Assembly: GCA_029227055.1 (NCBI GenBank)
Contig: JAQXZE010000038.1
Span: 1,186-65,185 of the forward strand
Direction: 5' to 3'
Length of the DNA stretch: 64,000 bases
Source of the DNA: Oscillospiraceae bacterium
Lineage (GTDB): Bacteria; Bacillota; Clostridia; Oscillospirales; Acutalibacteraceae
The position numbers were made by a program, and so were the translations under genes. Positions 19,543-27,803 of this stretch are shown in pieces. Each line of letters starts with the position of its first letter. Position 1 is the first letter of the stretch. Under the pieces are notes generated by a model. That model made no database searches, was not told the origin of the DNA, and saw nothing but the letters and a program-made list of their open reading frames with translations.

Positions 19543-20397
19543 TTACTGTTCTTCCGCCTCGAATTCACCCTCGTTTTCTACTTTGGGTGACTTCTTGCTT
19601 AAAAGCTTTACAGCTTTGCGGTTGGTTTTATAGGGGATAGCGTCTGGGTCTTTACCCTTTACTATAAGATTTCCTGTTAAAAGGTTTGCATCAACAACAG
19701 TAGCAGCACCTTCATTGGTTTTAACGGTAGAGCCTATAGGAGGGGTTATGGAATGAAGATAGTCGTACGCATTTTGCTCATATTTGAGGCAACACATAAG
19801 TCTTCCACAGGTGCCCGATATTTTGGTGGGGTTAAGGGAAAGCCCCTGCTCCTTTGCCATCTTAATGGAAACAGGCTCAAAATCCTCTAAAAACTGTTTG
19901 CAGCAGAAGGGCTGACCGCAGATACCAAGTCCGCCTAGCATACGGGCTTCGTCCCTGACACCGATTTGTCTGAGCTCAATTCTTGTATGGAAGCAAGCTG
20001 CGAGGTCCTTTACAAGCTCTCTGAAATCAACTCTGCCGTCGGAAGTAAAGAAAAAGGTTATCTTTGTTCCGTCAAAGGAATATTCAACCTCAACGAGATT
20101 CATATCAAGCTCTCTCGCTGCGATTTTTTCTTCACATATTTTAAAAGCCTCGGCTTCCTTTTGATGATTTTGTTCGATTTTTTTGTGGTCCTTATCGTTT
20201 GCCTTGCGAAGAACCTTTTTAAGTGGCTGAACTACAGCAGAGTCGTCAACCTCGTGATTTTCTTTTGATACGGTACCAAAAGATATTCCGTTTGCGGTTT
20301 CTACTATAACAAAGTCACCCTTATTGTAAGCGGCGTCGGGCGCAAAATAATATGCTCTGCCGCTGTCTTTAAATTTTACGGATACAACTTCAGTCAT
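19543..20397 (-). CDS. ricT: PSP1-domain protein RicT (YaaT)
   Basis: PSP1 C-terminal Cys-rich block (CGQPFCC...CGRLMCCLKYE), downstream of holB as in Bacillus. Confidence 0.88.
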   Translation of the reverse strand: MTEVVSVKFKDSGRAYYFAPDAAYNKGDFVIVETANGISFGTVSKENHEVDDSAVVQPLKKVLRKANDKDHKKIEQNHQKEAEAFKICEEKIAARELDMNLVEVEYSFDGTKITFFFTSDGRVDFRELVKDLAACFHTRIELRQIGVRDEARMLGGLGICGQPFCCKQFLEDFEPVSIKMAKEQGLSLNPTKISGTCGRLMCCLKYEQNAYDYLHSITPPIGSTVKTNEGAATVVDANLLTGNLIVKGKDPDAIPYKTNRKAVKLLSKKSPKVENEGEFEAEEQ

Positions 20398-20443
20398 TAA
20401 AACGGATTAAATTTTGAAAACTTAATCCATAACACCTCGCGTT

Positions 20444-21388
20444 TCATATATATTTTCTGCTAAGCTTTTTGATAGTTGCTACAAGAGAGGCAAAAAGCAA
20501 AGACAGGTTAATATTTGTTTTAAGGGAATCTATAAAACTATCCATTTCCCGATAAAGTGCAGTTAAAAACTTTGCTTTTTCGGGCATTTTATAATTTTTT
20601 CTTATGAGCTCTGCTATTTCGTATTTTAAAGATACGAAAAATGAATCGGCTAAAACCCTGTCCTTTTCAAATTTAGCAAGAAGGGTTAGCATCTCAATTT
20701 CGCTGCCGCTAAAAAGAATTTCACAAAACTCGCTAGCCGCAACCTCTGCCGCATTTGCGTTTTTACGCCTCAATATTGTAATAGCTCTGCCCATATTTCC
20801 TTTTGCCTGCTTTAAGGCGGTTAAAACAGCCTCCTCTTCGCGTTTCGGCTTTAAACAGTTCATTATATACTCTAAAGCATCATCTGTAGGCGGGGGAGAG
20901 AGCTTAAATGTAACACACCTTGAAAGCACCGTTTCGAGCATAGCTGTTGCTGATTCGGTTATCAGTAAAAAGAAGATATTTGAGGGCGGCTCTTCAAGAA
21001 TTTTTAGCAGAGCATTTTGTGCCTGCTCGTTCATAGTTTCCGCTTTATCTATTATGAAAATTTTACAGTCTGCCATATGGGGCTTTATAAAAGCCGACTG
21101 ACGAAGCTCTCTGATTTGAGACACCGAAATGTTTTTCTTTTTATCTTCGGGCAATACTGTAATTATATCGGGATGAGAGCCTGCGGCGGCAGTTTTACAA
21201 GCGTGACAGTTACCGCAAGGCTTTACAGCTTCGGTGCAGATAAGAGAATTTACTATATACCTTGCAAGTGTGTGGCGCCCAAGTCCTGCCTCGCCCTCAA
21301 TAATAATTGCGTGGGGCAGATGACCGCTTTTAAGGGATGCCTCTACTGAAAGACGAATTTTATCATTACCTAAAAGAGGGAAGCTCAT
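20444..21388 (-). CDS. holB: DNA polymerase III subunit delta'
   Basis: Clamp-loader AAA+ layout with degenerate P-loop GEAGLGRHT, zinc module CGNCHAC and FIIDKAE. Confidence 0.88.
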   Translation of the reverse strand: MSFPLLGNDKIRLSVEASLKSGHLPHAIIIEGEAGLGRHTLARYIVNSLICTEAVKPCGNCHACKTAAAGSHPDIITVLPEDKKKNISVSQIRELRQSAFIKPHMADCKIFIIDKAETMNEQAQNALLKILEEPPSNIFFLLITESATAMLETVLSRCVTFKLSPPPTDDALEYIMNCLKPKREEEAVLTALKQAKGNMGRAITILRRKNANAAEVAASEFCEILFSGSEIEMLTLLAKFEKDRVLADSFFVSLKYEIAELIRKNYKMPEKAKFLTALYREMDSFIDSLKTNINLSLLFASLVATIKKLSRKYI

Positions 21389-22395
21389 AGTACAAAGCCT
21401 ACTTTTTTCATAGCCTTAAAATAGGTTTTTGCTGCAGTCTTTTCTGCAATAGCAGCACCCTTTTTGTATAATTCTTCAAGCTGCTTTTTATCGGTAATAA
21501 TTCTATCGTAATTTGCTTTTATCGGGGCTAATTCATCAGCAACGGCTTCGCCTACTGCAAGCTTAAACTCGCCGTAGCCCTTGCCGTCAAACTCACGCTC
21601 GATTTCCTCAAAGCTCTTTCCTGTAACACCACTGTAGATGGAGATAAGGTTTGTAATACCGGGCTTATCGTCTCCCACTCTTACAACCGAATCACTATCG
21701 GTTACGGCGCGCTTGAATTTGCGGATAATCGTATCCTTATCGTCTAGGATTGCAACCCAAGAGTTTGCGTTTTCGTCAGACTTTGACATCTTTTTACTAG
21801 GGTCCTGTAGTGAACGAACACGGGATACCGTTTTCGGAATATAAGGCTCGGGGACAGTGAAAACATCACCGTAAAGATTATTAAAACGGATGGCGATATC
21901 GCGCGCTATTTCAAGATGCTGCTTCTGGTCTGCTCCTACAGGTACAAGGTCAGGCTTATAAAGCAGAATATCTGCCGCCATAAGTGTTGGATAAGAGAAA
22001 AGACCTACATTTATGTTGTCTGCATGTTTTGCCGATTTATCCTTAAACTGTGTCATACGGGAAAGCTCACCGAACTGTGTATAGCAGGATAAAAGCCACG
22101 AAAGAGCCGCGTGCTCAGGTACATGTGACTGAATGAAAAGTGTTGACTTTTCGGGGTCAAGACCTAATGCTAGAAGGGTAGCAAAGGTAGAATATATCTG
22201 CTGACGAAGCTTTGCAGGCTCCTGACGGACAGTTATAGCGTGAAGGTCGGCAACAGCGAAGGTGCAGTCAAAATCCTCCTGCATATAAACCCAATTTTTA
22301 AGGGCGCCGAGATAGTTGCCTAAGGTTAGCATTCCGCTAGGCTGAATACAACTTAAAACCTTCTTTTTAGCTGTTGTTTGTGTGTTTTCGCACAT
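21385..22395 (-). CDS. trpS: tryptophan--tRNA ligase
   Basis: Class I aaRS with KMSKS motif (KMSKSD) and a TrpRS-like N-terminus SGMLTLGNYLGA. Confidence 0.95.
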   Translation of the reverse strand: MCENTQTTAKKKVLSCIQPSGMLTLGNYLGALKNWVYMQEDFDCTFAVADLHAITVRQEPAKLRQQIYSTFATLLALGLDPEKSTLFIQSHVPEHAALSWLLSCYTQFGELSRMTQFKDKSAKHADNINVGLFSYPTLMAADILLYKPDLVPVGADQKQHLEIARDIAIRFNNLYGDVFTVPEPYIPKTVSRVRSLQDPSKKMSKSDENANSWVAILDDKDTIIRKFKRAVTDSDSVVRVGDDKPGITNLISIYSGVTGKSFEEIEREFDGKGYGEFKLAVGEAVADELAPIKANYDRIITDKKQLEELYKKGAAIAEKTAAKTYFKAMKKVGFVL

Positions 22396-22524
22396 AAGTA
22401 TTCATTCCTCTCAAAAGATAAAAGGTAATAAAACCATATTTAAACATAATATATCAATTTATTTTAACACTTGAAGCGGATTTTTGCAACAAAAATTTAA
22501 AGCTTTAACACAAAAATTAAAAAC

Positions 22525-22553
22525 TTGACATAGAGTATAGGGTATATTATAAT
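22525..22553 (+). promoter_or_regulatory. consensus sigma-A promoter
   Basis: TTGACA - 17 nt - TATAAT exactly, 50 nt upstream of the 22603 ORF. Confidence 0.7.
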
Positions 22554-22602
22554 TTAGTGGTAAAAAATAATAGTATCTATCACACTTTTAGGAGGTAAAT
22601 AT

Positions 22603-22857
22603 ATGGATAACAAAATTAGGCTTCATAATGTGGATTTTGAAGATTTTATCGTGGCTGTTGAGAAATGCAAGGGAGATGTTTTCCTTGAGACTACCGACGG
22701 CGATGTTTTAAACTTAAAATCAAAGCTTTGTCAGATGATTGGACTTAGCACAATTCTCGCTCATACCGAAATTGCAGAAGCAACTGTAAGATGTGCAAAG
22801 CCCGAGGATGAAACTATTTTATTCCGTTTTAATCTCTACGGCGAGAAGCCCGAATAA
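22603..22857 (+). CDS. hypothetical small protein (84 aa; weak HPr-fold-like pattern)
   Basis: AGGAGG RBS 7 nt upstream. Pattern ..DFEDFI...KC.GDV.L...DGDVLNLKSKL..MIGL recalls HPr-like small proteins of Clostridia, which is only a weak inference. Confidence 0.7.
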   Translation: MDNKIRLHNVDFEDFIVAVEKCKGDVFLETTDGDVLNLKSKLCQMIGLSTILAHTEIAEATVRCAKPEDETILFRFNLYGEKPE

Positions 22858-22876
22858 ACAGTTAGGAGTTTTTTAA

Positions 22877-23164
22877 ATGTCTGAATCTAAGTTTTTAACC
22901 TATAAGGGTAAGCCCCTTGTAAGATGCGGCAATGAAATTTATTACGGCGATATGGCCGAAAAATATGTTGTGTATTTTAAAATTCTTTCAACCTCAAAAG
23001 AGGGTGGATATGAAATTGCTGACAAGGTAAATATTTGTCTTTTAAGCAGTAATACCGACCTTCCTATGAAGGAAAGAATTATAAAAGAGAGCACAAAATC
23101 CTCTTTGTTTGATGCGCTTGATATCGGCTTTGTTTGGCTTGAGCGTGAGCTTTCAAAATCATAA
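22877..23164 (+). CDS. hypothetical small protein (95 aa)
   Basis: AGGAG RBS, 19 nt after the previous stop. No recognisable motif. Confidence 0.7.
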   Translation: MSESKFLTYKGKPLVRCGNEIYYGDMAEKYVVYFKILSTSKEGGYEIADKVNICLLSSNTDLPMKERIIKESTKSSLFDALDIGFVWLERELSKS

Positions 23165-23237
23165 GTAAATTTAAGGGGCTATCGTTTTTGATAGCACTTT
23201 AGTTTTGCTGAAAATTAAAGGCAAAAGGAATATACAA

Positions 23238-23774
23238 ATGGTAAAAAAAGATTTTAAAAAATCAGTTTTTGCAGCTACCTTTGCGGCACTTCTTGCTATT
23301 ATATCGCAGATTACTATTCCAACGCCAATCGGAATACCCGTCACTCTTCAGACCTTTGCAGTAGCGCTTTACAGCTTTATAGCAGGACCCGTCTTTGCCG
23401 TATTGGCGGTAGCGGTTTATCTCGGCTTAGGTCTTATTGGTCTGCCTGTTTTTTCAGGATTTTCGGGCGGTATAGGTGCGCTTTTCGGCTTTACGGGCGG
23501 CTTTTTATGGGGCTTTCTCATTTTGGCGGCACTTTGCGGTATAGCTTCAAAGCTGAATAGTAGAGCTTTACAGATAATTTTAAGTTTTTTAGGACTGATA
23601 ATCTGTCATATATGCGGGATATTACAGTTTACATTACTTCATAAAACGGAGCTTTGGGGCTCATTTTTGTCGGTAAGTCTGCCCTACATATTTAAGGATA
23701 TAATCTGTGTTTTAGCGGCTTTTTTAGTGTCGCCGAGCATAAAAAATAAAATAGAAAAAATCGTTGACAAATAG
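23238..23774 (+). CDS. bioY: biotin transporter BioY (ECF S component)
   Basis: Five to six TM helices with a BioY-like PIGIPVTLQTFAV..GP...GGFLWGF pattern. ATG 23238 follows an AAAGGAA RBS. Confidence 0.85.
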   Translation: MVKKDFKKSVFAATFAALLAIISQITIPTPIGIPVTLQTFAVALYSFIAGPVFAVLAVAVYLGLGLIGLPVFSGFSGGIGALFGFTGGFLWGFLILAALCGIASKLNSRALQIILSFLGLIICHICGILQFTLLHKTELWGSFLSVSLPYIFKDIICVLAAFLVSPSIKNKIEKIVDK

Positions 23775-23792
23775 CATTCTTTGTGGTAAAAT
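23764..23792 (+). promoter_or_regulatory. promoter of the rplU-prp-rpmA operon
   Basis: TTGACA - 17 nt - TAAAAT with TG at the extended -10 position. Overlaps the bioY 3' end. Confidence 0.65.
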
Positions 23793-23798
23793 ATTCGA

Positions 23799-23881
23799 GC
23801 CGCATGTTGTGGGCTTGATAAGTTGTGCCTTGCACACGCCTATAAGCAGCGAGACTGTTAAATATCAGGTAGGTGTAAAAA
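23799..23881 (+). promoter_or_regulatory. probable L21 leader (structured 5' UTR of rplU)
   Basis: About 80-nt GC-richer UTR with small hairpins (AGCC/GGCT, GTGC-CTT-GCAC), at the position of the L21 leader described in Bacillota. No covariance model was run. Confidence 0.4.
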
Positions 23882-24187
23882 ATGTACGCAATTATTGAAA
23901 CAGGCGGAAAGCAGTACCGTGTAGAAAACGGCGATGTTATCTATGTTGAGAAGCTTGACGCTCAGGTTGATGAGGAAGTTACCTTTGATAAGGTTGTTGC
24001 AGTTAGCAACAAAACTTTAAAGGTAGGCAAGCCTTATGTTAAGGACGCTTTTGTAAAGGGTACTGTTCTTAAGAACGGCAAGGGTAAGAAGATTACTGTA
24101 TTTACCTATAAGCCTAAGAAGGGCAGCGCACGCAAAATGGGTCATAGACAGCCTTACACAAAGGTACAGATTACCGAAATCGGCTAA
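23882..24187 (+). CDS. rplU: 50S ribosomal protein L21
   Basis: [15 protein letters not shown]-terminus. Confidence 0.97.
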   Translation: MYAIIETGGKQYRVENGDVIYVEKLDAQVDEEVTFDKVVAVSNKTLKVGKPYVKDAFVKGTVLKNGKGKKITVFTYKPKKGSARKMGHRQPYTKVQITEIG

Positions 24188-24193
24188 TTTACT

Positions 24194-24526
24194 ATGACAA
24201 GTGTAAAATTTTTGGCTGACGGTAAGGGCCTTTGCGGTTTTGAAATCAGCGGTCACAGTTCTAAAAACAGTGATGATGAGACCGGAAAAATCGTATGCGC
24301 CGCAGTATCAAGTGCTGCGTATATGGCGGCTAACACTATAATCGAAATTGTATGTGATAAGTGTGAAGTCGAGGTTGATGAAGCAAAGATGTATTTAAAG
24401 GTTAATACCCCCTCGGATAAAACAAGGGTGGTGCTTGACGGGCTTTATCTTCATTTAAAAGAGTTATCCGGTCAGTACGATAATAATATTAGACTACACG
24501 GAGGTGCAGAAGATGTTAAAGATTAA
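24194..24526 (+). CDS. prp: ribosomal-processing cysteine protease Prp
   Basis: Conserved position between rplU and rpmA. GH...C(A)AVS catalytic-pair context. Confidence 0.9.
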   Translation: MTSVKFLADGKGLCGFEISGHSSKNSDDETGKIVCAAVSSAAYMAANTIIEIVCDKCEVEVDEAKMYLKVNTPSDKTRVVLDGLYLHLKELSGQYDNNIRLHGGAEDVKD

Positions 24527-24797
24527 CATTCAGTTATTCGCTCATAAAAAGGGTGTTGGTTCTACAAAGAACGGTCGTGACAGTGAATCCAAGCGTCTCG
24601 GCGTTAAGCGTGCGGACGGTCAGTTCGTATTAGCAGGCAACATTCTTGTTCGTCAGCGTGGAACACATATTCATCCCGGCAACAATGTAGGTCGCGGTTC
24701 AGATGATACTTTATTTGCTTTGATTGACGGTAAAGTAAAGTTCGAGCGTCTCGGCAGAGACCGTAAACAGGTAAGCATTTACGCTGTTGAACAGTAA
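24513..24797 (+). CDS. rpmA: 50S ribosomal protein L27 with N-terminal propeptide
   Basis: [24 protein letters not shown] matches the Prp cleavage context. GGAGGTG lies 6 nt before ATG 24513. Confidence 0.96.
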   Translation: MLKINIQLFAHKKGVGSTKNGRDSESKRLGVKRADGQFVLAGNILVRQRGTHIHPGNNVGRGSDDTLFALIDGKVKFERLGRDRKQVSIYAVEQ

Positions 24798-24802
24798 TTA
24801 TT

Positions 24803-24838
24803 AAATCCGGGCGGCAGCAGGCTGCTCGGATTTTTTTA
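24803..24838 (+). terminator. rho-independent terminator after rpmA
   Basis: GC-rich hairpin AATCCG.../...CGGATT followed by TTTTTTT. Confidence 0.8.
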
Positions 24839-24875
24839 AATTTTTCATACTAATATTCTGAAAGGAAAAGCTATT

Positions 24876-25280
24876 ATGAAGATTTGTCACGTTTGCTTTT
24901 ATGAGTGTGAGGATGATAAGGAGTTGTGTCCCGTTTGCGGAGCCGAACTTAAAGGTGAAGAAAGCGGTATTGAAGAAGTAGAAGAAATAGTGATTAATGA
25001 CCCTGTTTTAGCAGTTTCTGTTGAGGATGTTGTAACTGCAGAAATATACAGAGATATTTTAAAGGAAAATAAAATTCCGTTTGTTTGCGACTCAGCAGAG
25101 TCGGACGGAAGCATGAGGGTGCTTTTTGGAGGAAGCTTTGTAACAGAGGATATTTATGTTGATTCCTTGAATTTGGAAAAAGCACAGGCTCTTTATGAGG
25201 AGGTTTTGAATTCTGATATGGAATTTGAGACGGAATTTGAAGAGGAATTTTACGAAGAAGATAATACGGAGATTGAGTAA
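24876..25280 (+). CDS. zinc-ribbon protein with acidic C-terminus (DUF2007-like)
   Basis: N-terminal CHVC...CPVCGAEL, a small alpha/beta-looking core and an EFETEFEEEFYEED tail. Confidence 0.6.
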   Translation: MKICHVCFYECEDDKELCPVCGAELKGEESGIEEVEEIVINDPVLAVSVEDVVTAEIYRDILKENKIPFVCDSAESDGSMRVLFGGSFVTEDIYVDSLNLEKAQALYEEVLNSDMEFETEFEEEFYEEDNTEIE

Positions 25281-26558
25281 ATGTTTGTTGATATAGCCGG
25301 AATACATTTAAAGGCAGGAAAGGGCGGCGATGGTGCCGTTTCTTTTCATAGAGAAAAATATGTAGCGGCAGGCGGACCTGACGGCGGAGACGGCGGCAGA
25401 GGCGGCAATATAGTTTTCAAGGTTGACGATAATCTTTCAACCCTTGCAGACTTCAGATATAAGCGCAAATATGCGGCAGAGGCGGGTCAAAACGGCGGTG
25501 CTTCACGCTGTACAGGTAAAAGCGCTAAGGATTTAGTTATAAGTGTGCCGAGAGGAACCCTTGTAAAAGAAACCTCTACCGGCAGAATAATCGCCGATAT
25601 TTCGGACGATGAGCCGGTTATAATTGCCAAAGGCGGCAAGGGCGGTTGGGGAAATATGCATTTTGCAACCTCAACGAGACAGGTGCCGAGATTTGCAAAT
25701 GACGGTCTTCCCGGTGAAGAGCTTGATGTAACACTCGAGCTGAAGCTTTTAGCCGATGTAGGTCTTATAGGCTTTCCTAATGTTGGAAAGTCTACCTTGG
25801 TATCGGTTGTAAGTCAGGCAAAACCGAAAATTGCTAACTACCATTTTACGACCCTGACACCCGTTTTGGGCGTGGTTGCTATGGGTGAGGGAAGCTCATT
25901 TGTTATGGCTGATATTCCCGGTCTTATTGAGGGGGCAGGCGAAGGTTTAGGTCTTGGTCACGAATTTTTACGCCATGTAGAGCGTTGCCGTCTTTTACTT
26001 CATGTGATAGATGTTTCGGGCAGCGAAGGCAGAGACCCCTTAGAAGATTTTGAGAAAATAAATCACGAGCTTTCGGTTTTCAGCAGTGAGCTATCTGAGC
26101 GTCCGCAAATTGTTGTAGGTAATAAGTGCGACCTTGTTGAAGAAGAGGATATAGAAAAGCTTCGCGAGCATTTTGAGGCTAGGGGATATAAATTCTTTCC
26201 GATTATGGCGGCAATTGCAGAGGGTACGCGCGAGCTTATAGATTATGTGGCGGCAGAGCTTGCTAAGCTTCCGCCAATAAAGGTTTATGAGCCCGATTAT
26301 ATACCTGAGCCTGTTGTTACCGATAAAAAGGATAACAGAAGCTTTAAAATCAGTGTCAGAGGCGGTGTTTATTATATTGAGGAGGCCGATTGGCTGCTTG
26401 ATGTAATGAATAGGGTAGACCCTGACGATTACGAATCACTACAATATTTTGAGAGAACACTGCGCTCAAGCGGAATTATAAAGGCGCTTGTTGATGCAGG
26501 CATAACCGAGGGCGACACCGTAAAGATTTACGATGTCGAATTCGATTATGTGCCGTAG
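25281..26558 (+). CDS. obg: GTPase Obg/CgtA
   Basis: Gly-rich Obg fold (GGDGGRGG), G domain GFPNVGKST and a C-terminal OCT domain. Confidence 0.96.
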   Translation: MFVDIAGIHLKAGKGGDGAVSFHREKYVAAGGPDGGDGGRGGNIVFKVDDNLSTLADFRYKRKYAAEAGQNGGASRCTGKSAKDLVISVPRGTLVKETSTGRIIADISDDEPVIIAKGGKGGWGNMHFATSTRQVPRFANDGLPGEELDVTLELKLLADVGLIGFPNVGKSTLVSVVSQAKPKIANYHFTTLTPVLGVVAMGEGSSFVMADIPGLIEGAGEGLGLGHEFLRHVERCRLLLHVIDVSGSEGRDPLEDFEKINHELSVFSSELSERPQIVVGNKCDLVEEEDIEKLREHFEARGYKFFPIMAAIAEGTRELIDYVAAELAKLPPIKVYEPDYIPEPVVTDKKDNRSFKISVRGGVYYIEEADWLLDVMNRVDPDDYESLQYFERTLRSSGIIKALVDAGITEGDTVKIYDVEFDYVP

Positions 26559-26566
26559 GTGAAGCT

Positions 26567-26953
26567 ATGGAAAATCCTAATCTTTTAAGTCCGTCGGTTT
26601 TAGCATTTGTAGGGGACGCGGTTTATACCCTTTATGTGAGGGAAGCGCTATCGGCTGTTAACAGACCGTCGGGAGAGCTTCACAGGCTGTCTGTAAAATT
26701 GGTTAACGCTACCGCTCAGGCAAAGGCGTACAGACTTATCGAAAGCATATTATCCGAAAAGGAAATTTCGGTATTTAAAAGGGGCAGAAATTTTCATACC
26801 CATTCTTCGCCCAAAAATTCGTCAGGTGGGGATTACCACACTGCTACAGGCCTTGAATGTCTTTTTGGATATTTGCATCTTTCAAAAGAAAAGAATAGAG
26901 CCGATGAGCTTTTCGGTATTATCTGGAACGGCTTTTTTGAAGAGCTTAAATAA
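26567..26953 (+). CDS. mrnC: mini-ribonuclease III
   Basis: LAFVGDAVYTLYVRE RNase III-like signature; 128 aa. Confidence 0.88.
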   Translation: MENPNLLSPSVLAFVGDAVYTLYVREALSAVNRPSGELHRLSVKLVNATAQAKAYRLIESILSEKEISVFKRGRNFHTHSSPKNSSGGDYHTATGLECLFGYLHLSKEKNRADELFGIIWNGFFEELK

Positions 26954-26956
26954 AAC

Positions 26957-26996
26957 AAAAAACCTTATACGGAAAATCCGTATAAGGTTTTTCTTT
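26957..26996 (+). terminator. rho-independent terminator after mrnC
   Basis: 13-bp stem AACCTTATACGGA/TCCGTATAAGGTT followed by TTTTCTTT. Confidence 0.85.
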
Positions 26997-27042
26997 ATGA
27001 AGAAGACATAGAACTGTCCCTGATTGCCCAAATAATATTTGT

Positions 27043-27070
27043 CAACACAATAGAACCGTCCCTTGTGTTG
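27043..27070. repeat. left copy of hairpin-forming inverted repeat
   Basis: CAACACAA-TAGAACCGTCCC-TTGTGTTG (8-bp stem, 12-nt loop). Abuts the stop codon of the 27071 ORF. Its reverse complement recurs at 27761-27786. Confidence 0.85.
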
Positions 27071-27691
27071 TTAAGTTTTTTGGGGTGATATTCCAACAGG
27101 GATAATAACAGTTTTTTCTAATTTTTCTAATATTTGTAATACGGTAGTTAAGTTCTCGTGATAACTTTCAAAACGCCTATTACTTAACCACAGAAAACAA
27201 AATATTTCTTTTTTATAGGAGAATCCTATAGCTGCCATAGCTTTAAAAATTTCATTCCCAACACCATTGAGGGGACGCTCAAAACGTTCACTATCTATAT
27301 AAAACAAATTCTTAATATCATCATATGAACAGTTCAATTTGCTATGGCGTAAGCCTTGAATTATAAGTTTTTTTACGGAACGATTAGAAGAAAATAGAGG
27401 ATCCAATTTATCCATATAGCAAGAAAACTCTGATAATTCATTTAAAGAAATCCATTTGTCGTTTACAGCAACTATGGGTCGCTCAAATAAAACGAAATCT
27501 CTTGGTCGATGCTTATACATTGACAGTAAGTAGCTTATAGCCCAAATGCCAGAATCTATTTCACCTGTTAGTTTATTTATTCCAACATCAAAATCAAATT
27601 TTGCATTATTTAAAATATCTTGTGACGAATAAAAACTGGATTTGCAATGGATATAACCATCGTTATTAACACTAATTTTTTTAATATTCAT
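27071..27691 (-). CDS. hypothetical protein; degenerate ABC/SMC-type ATPase head (Walker A and B residues lost)
   Basis: Ordered P-loop-position TGEIDSGIWAIS (GxxxxG then IW instead of K[ST]), signature-like LNGVGNE and Walker-B-position EIFCFLWLSN without an acidic residue. Visibly AT-rich relative to its neighbours. Confidence 0.65.
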   Translation of the reverse strand: MNIKKISVNNDGYIHCKSSFYSSQDILNNAKFDFDVGINKLTGEIDSGIWAISYLLSMYKHRPRDFVLFERPIVAVNDKWISLNELSEFSCYMDKLDPLFSSNRSVKKLIIQGLRHSKLNCSYDDIKNLFYIDSERFERPLNGVGNEIFKAMAAIGFSYKKEIFCFLWLSNRRFESYHENLTTVLQILEKLEKTVIIPVGISPQKT

Positions 27692-27760
27692 TAAATTACC
27701 CCACTATTTGTACATCCCAAACCAGTATTGGCCCGGGTCTGGCACTGACAACAGGACCAG

Positions 27761-27787
27761 AACACAAAGGGACGGTTCTATTGTGTG
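27761..27787. repeat. right copy of hairpin-forming inverted repeat
   Basis: AACACAAAGGGACGGTTCTATTGTGT is the reverse complement of 27045-27069 with one extra base. Stem ACACAA/TTGTGT. Confidence 0.85.
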
Positions 27788-27803
27788 ATTACAGTTTTCT
27801 GTG

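Noticed and set aside
19249-19590. 113-aa plus-strand ORF from the track.
   Set aside because: It is antisense to a clear 56-aa 2x[4Fe-4S] ferredoxin gene with RBS, promoter and terminator, and it runs into the ricT 3' end.
22396-22602. Expected a T-box leader upstream of trpS.
   Set aside because: The region is AT-rich and unstructured. It has no specifier-loop or T-box sequence and is too short once the divergent promoter is subtracted.
27043-27076. Integron attC interpretation of the islet hairpins. The minus strand reads ACTTAAC (fits RYYYAAC) at one end of the left hairpin, and the plus strand has GTTAAGT (fits GTTRRRY).
   Set aside because: The hairpin is only 28 nt, whereas attC sites are typically at least 57 nt with extrahelical bases. 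The opposite core site does not fit the consensus. The second copy has no core sites, and there is no intI or cassette array nearby.
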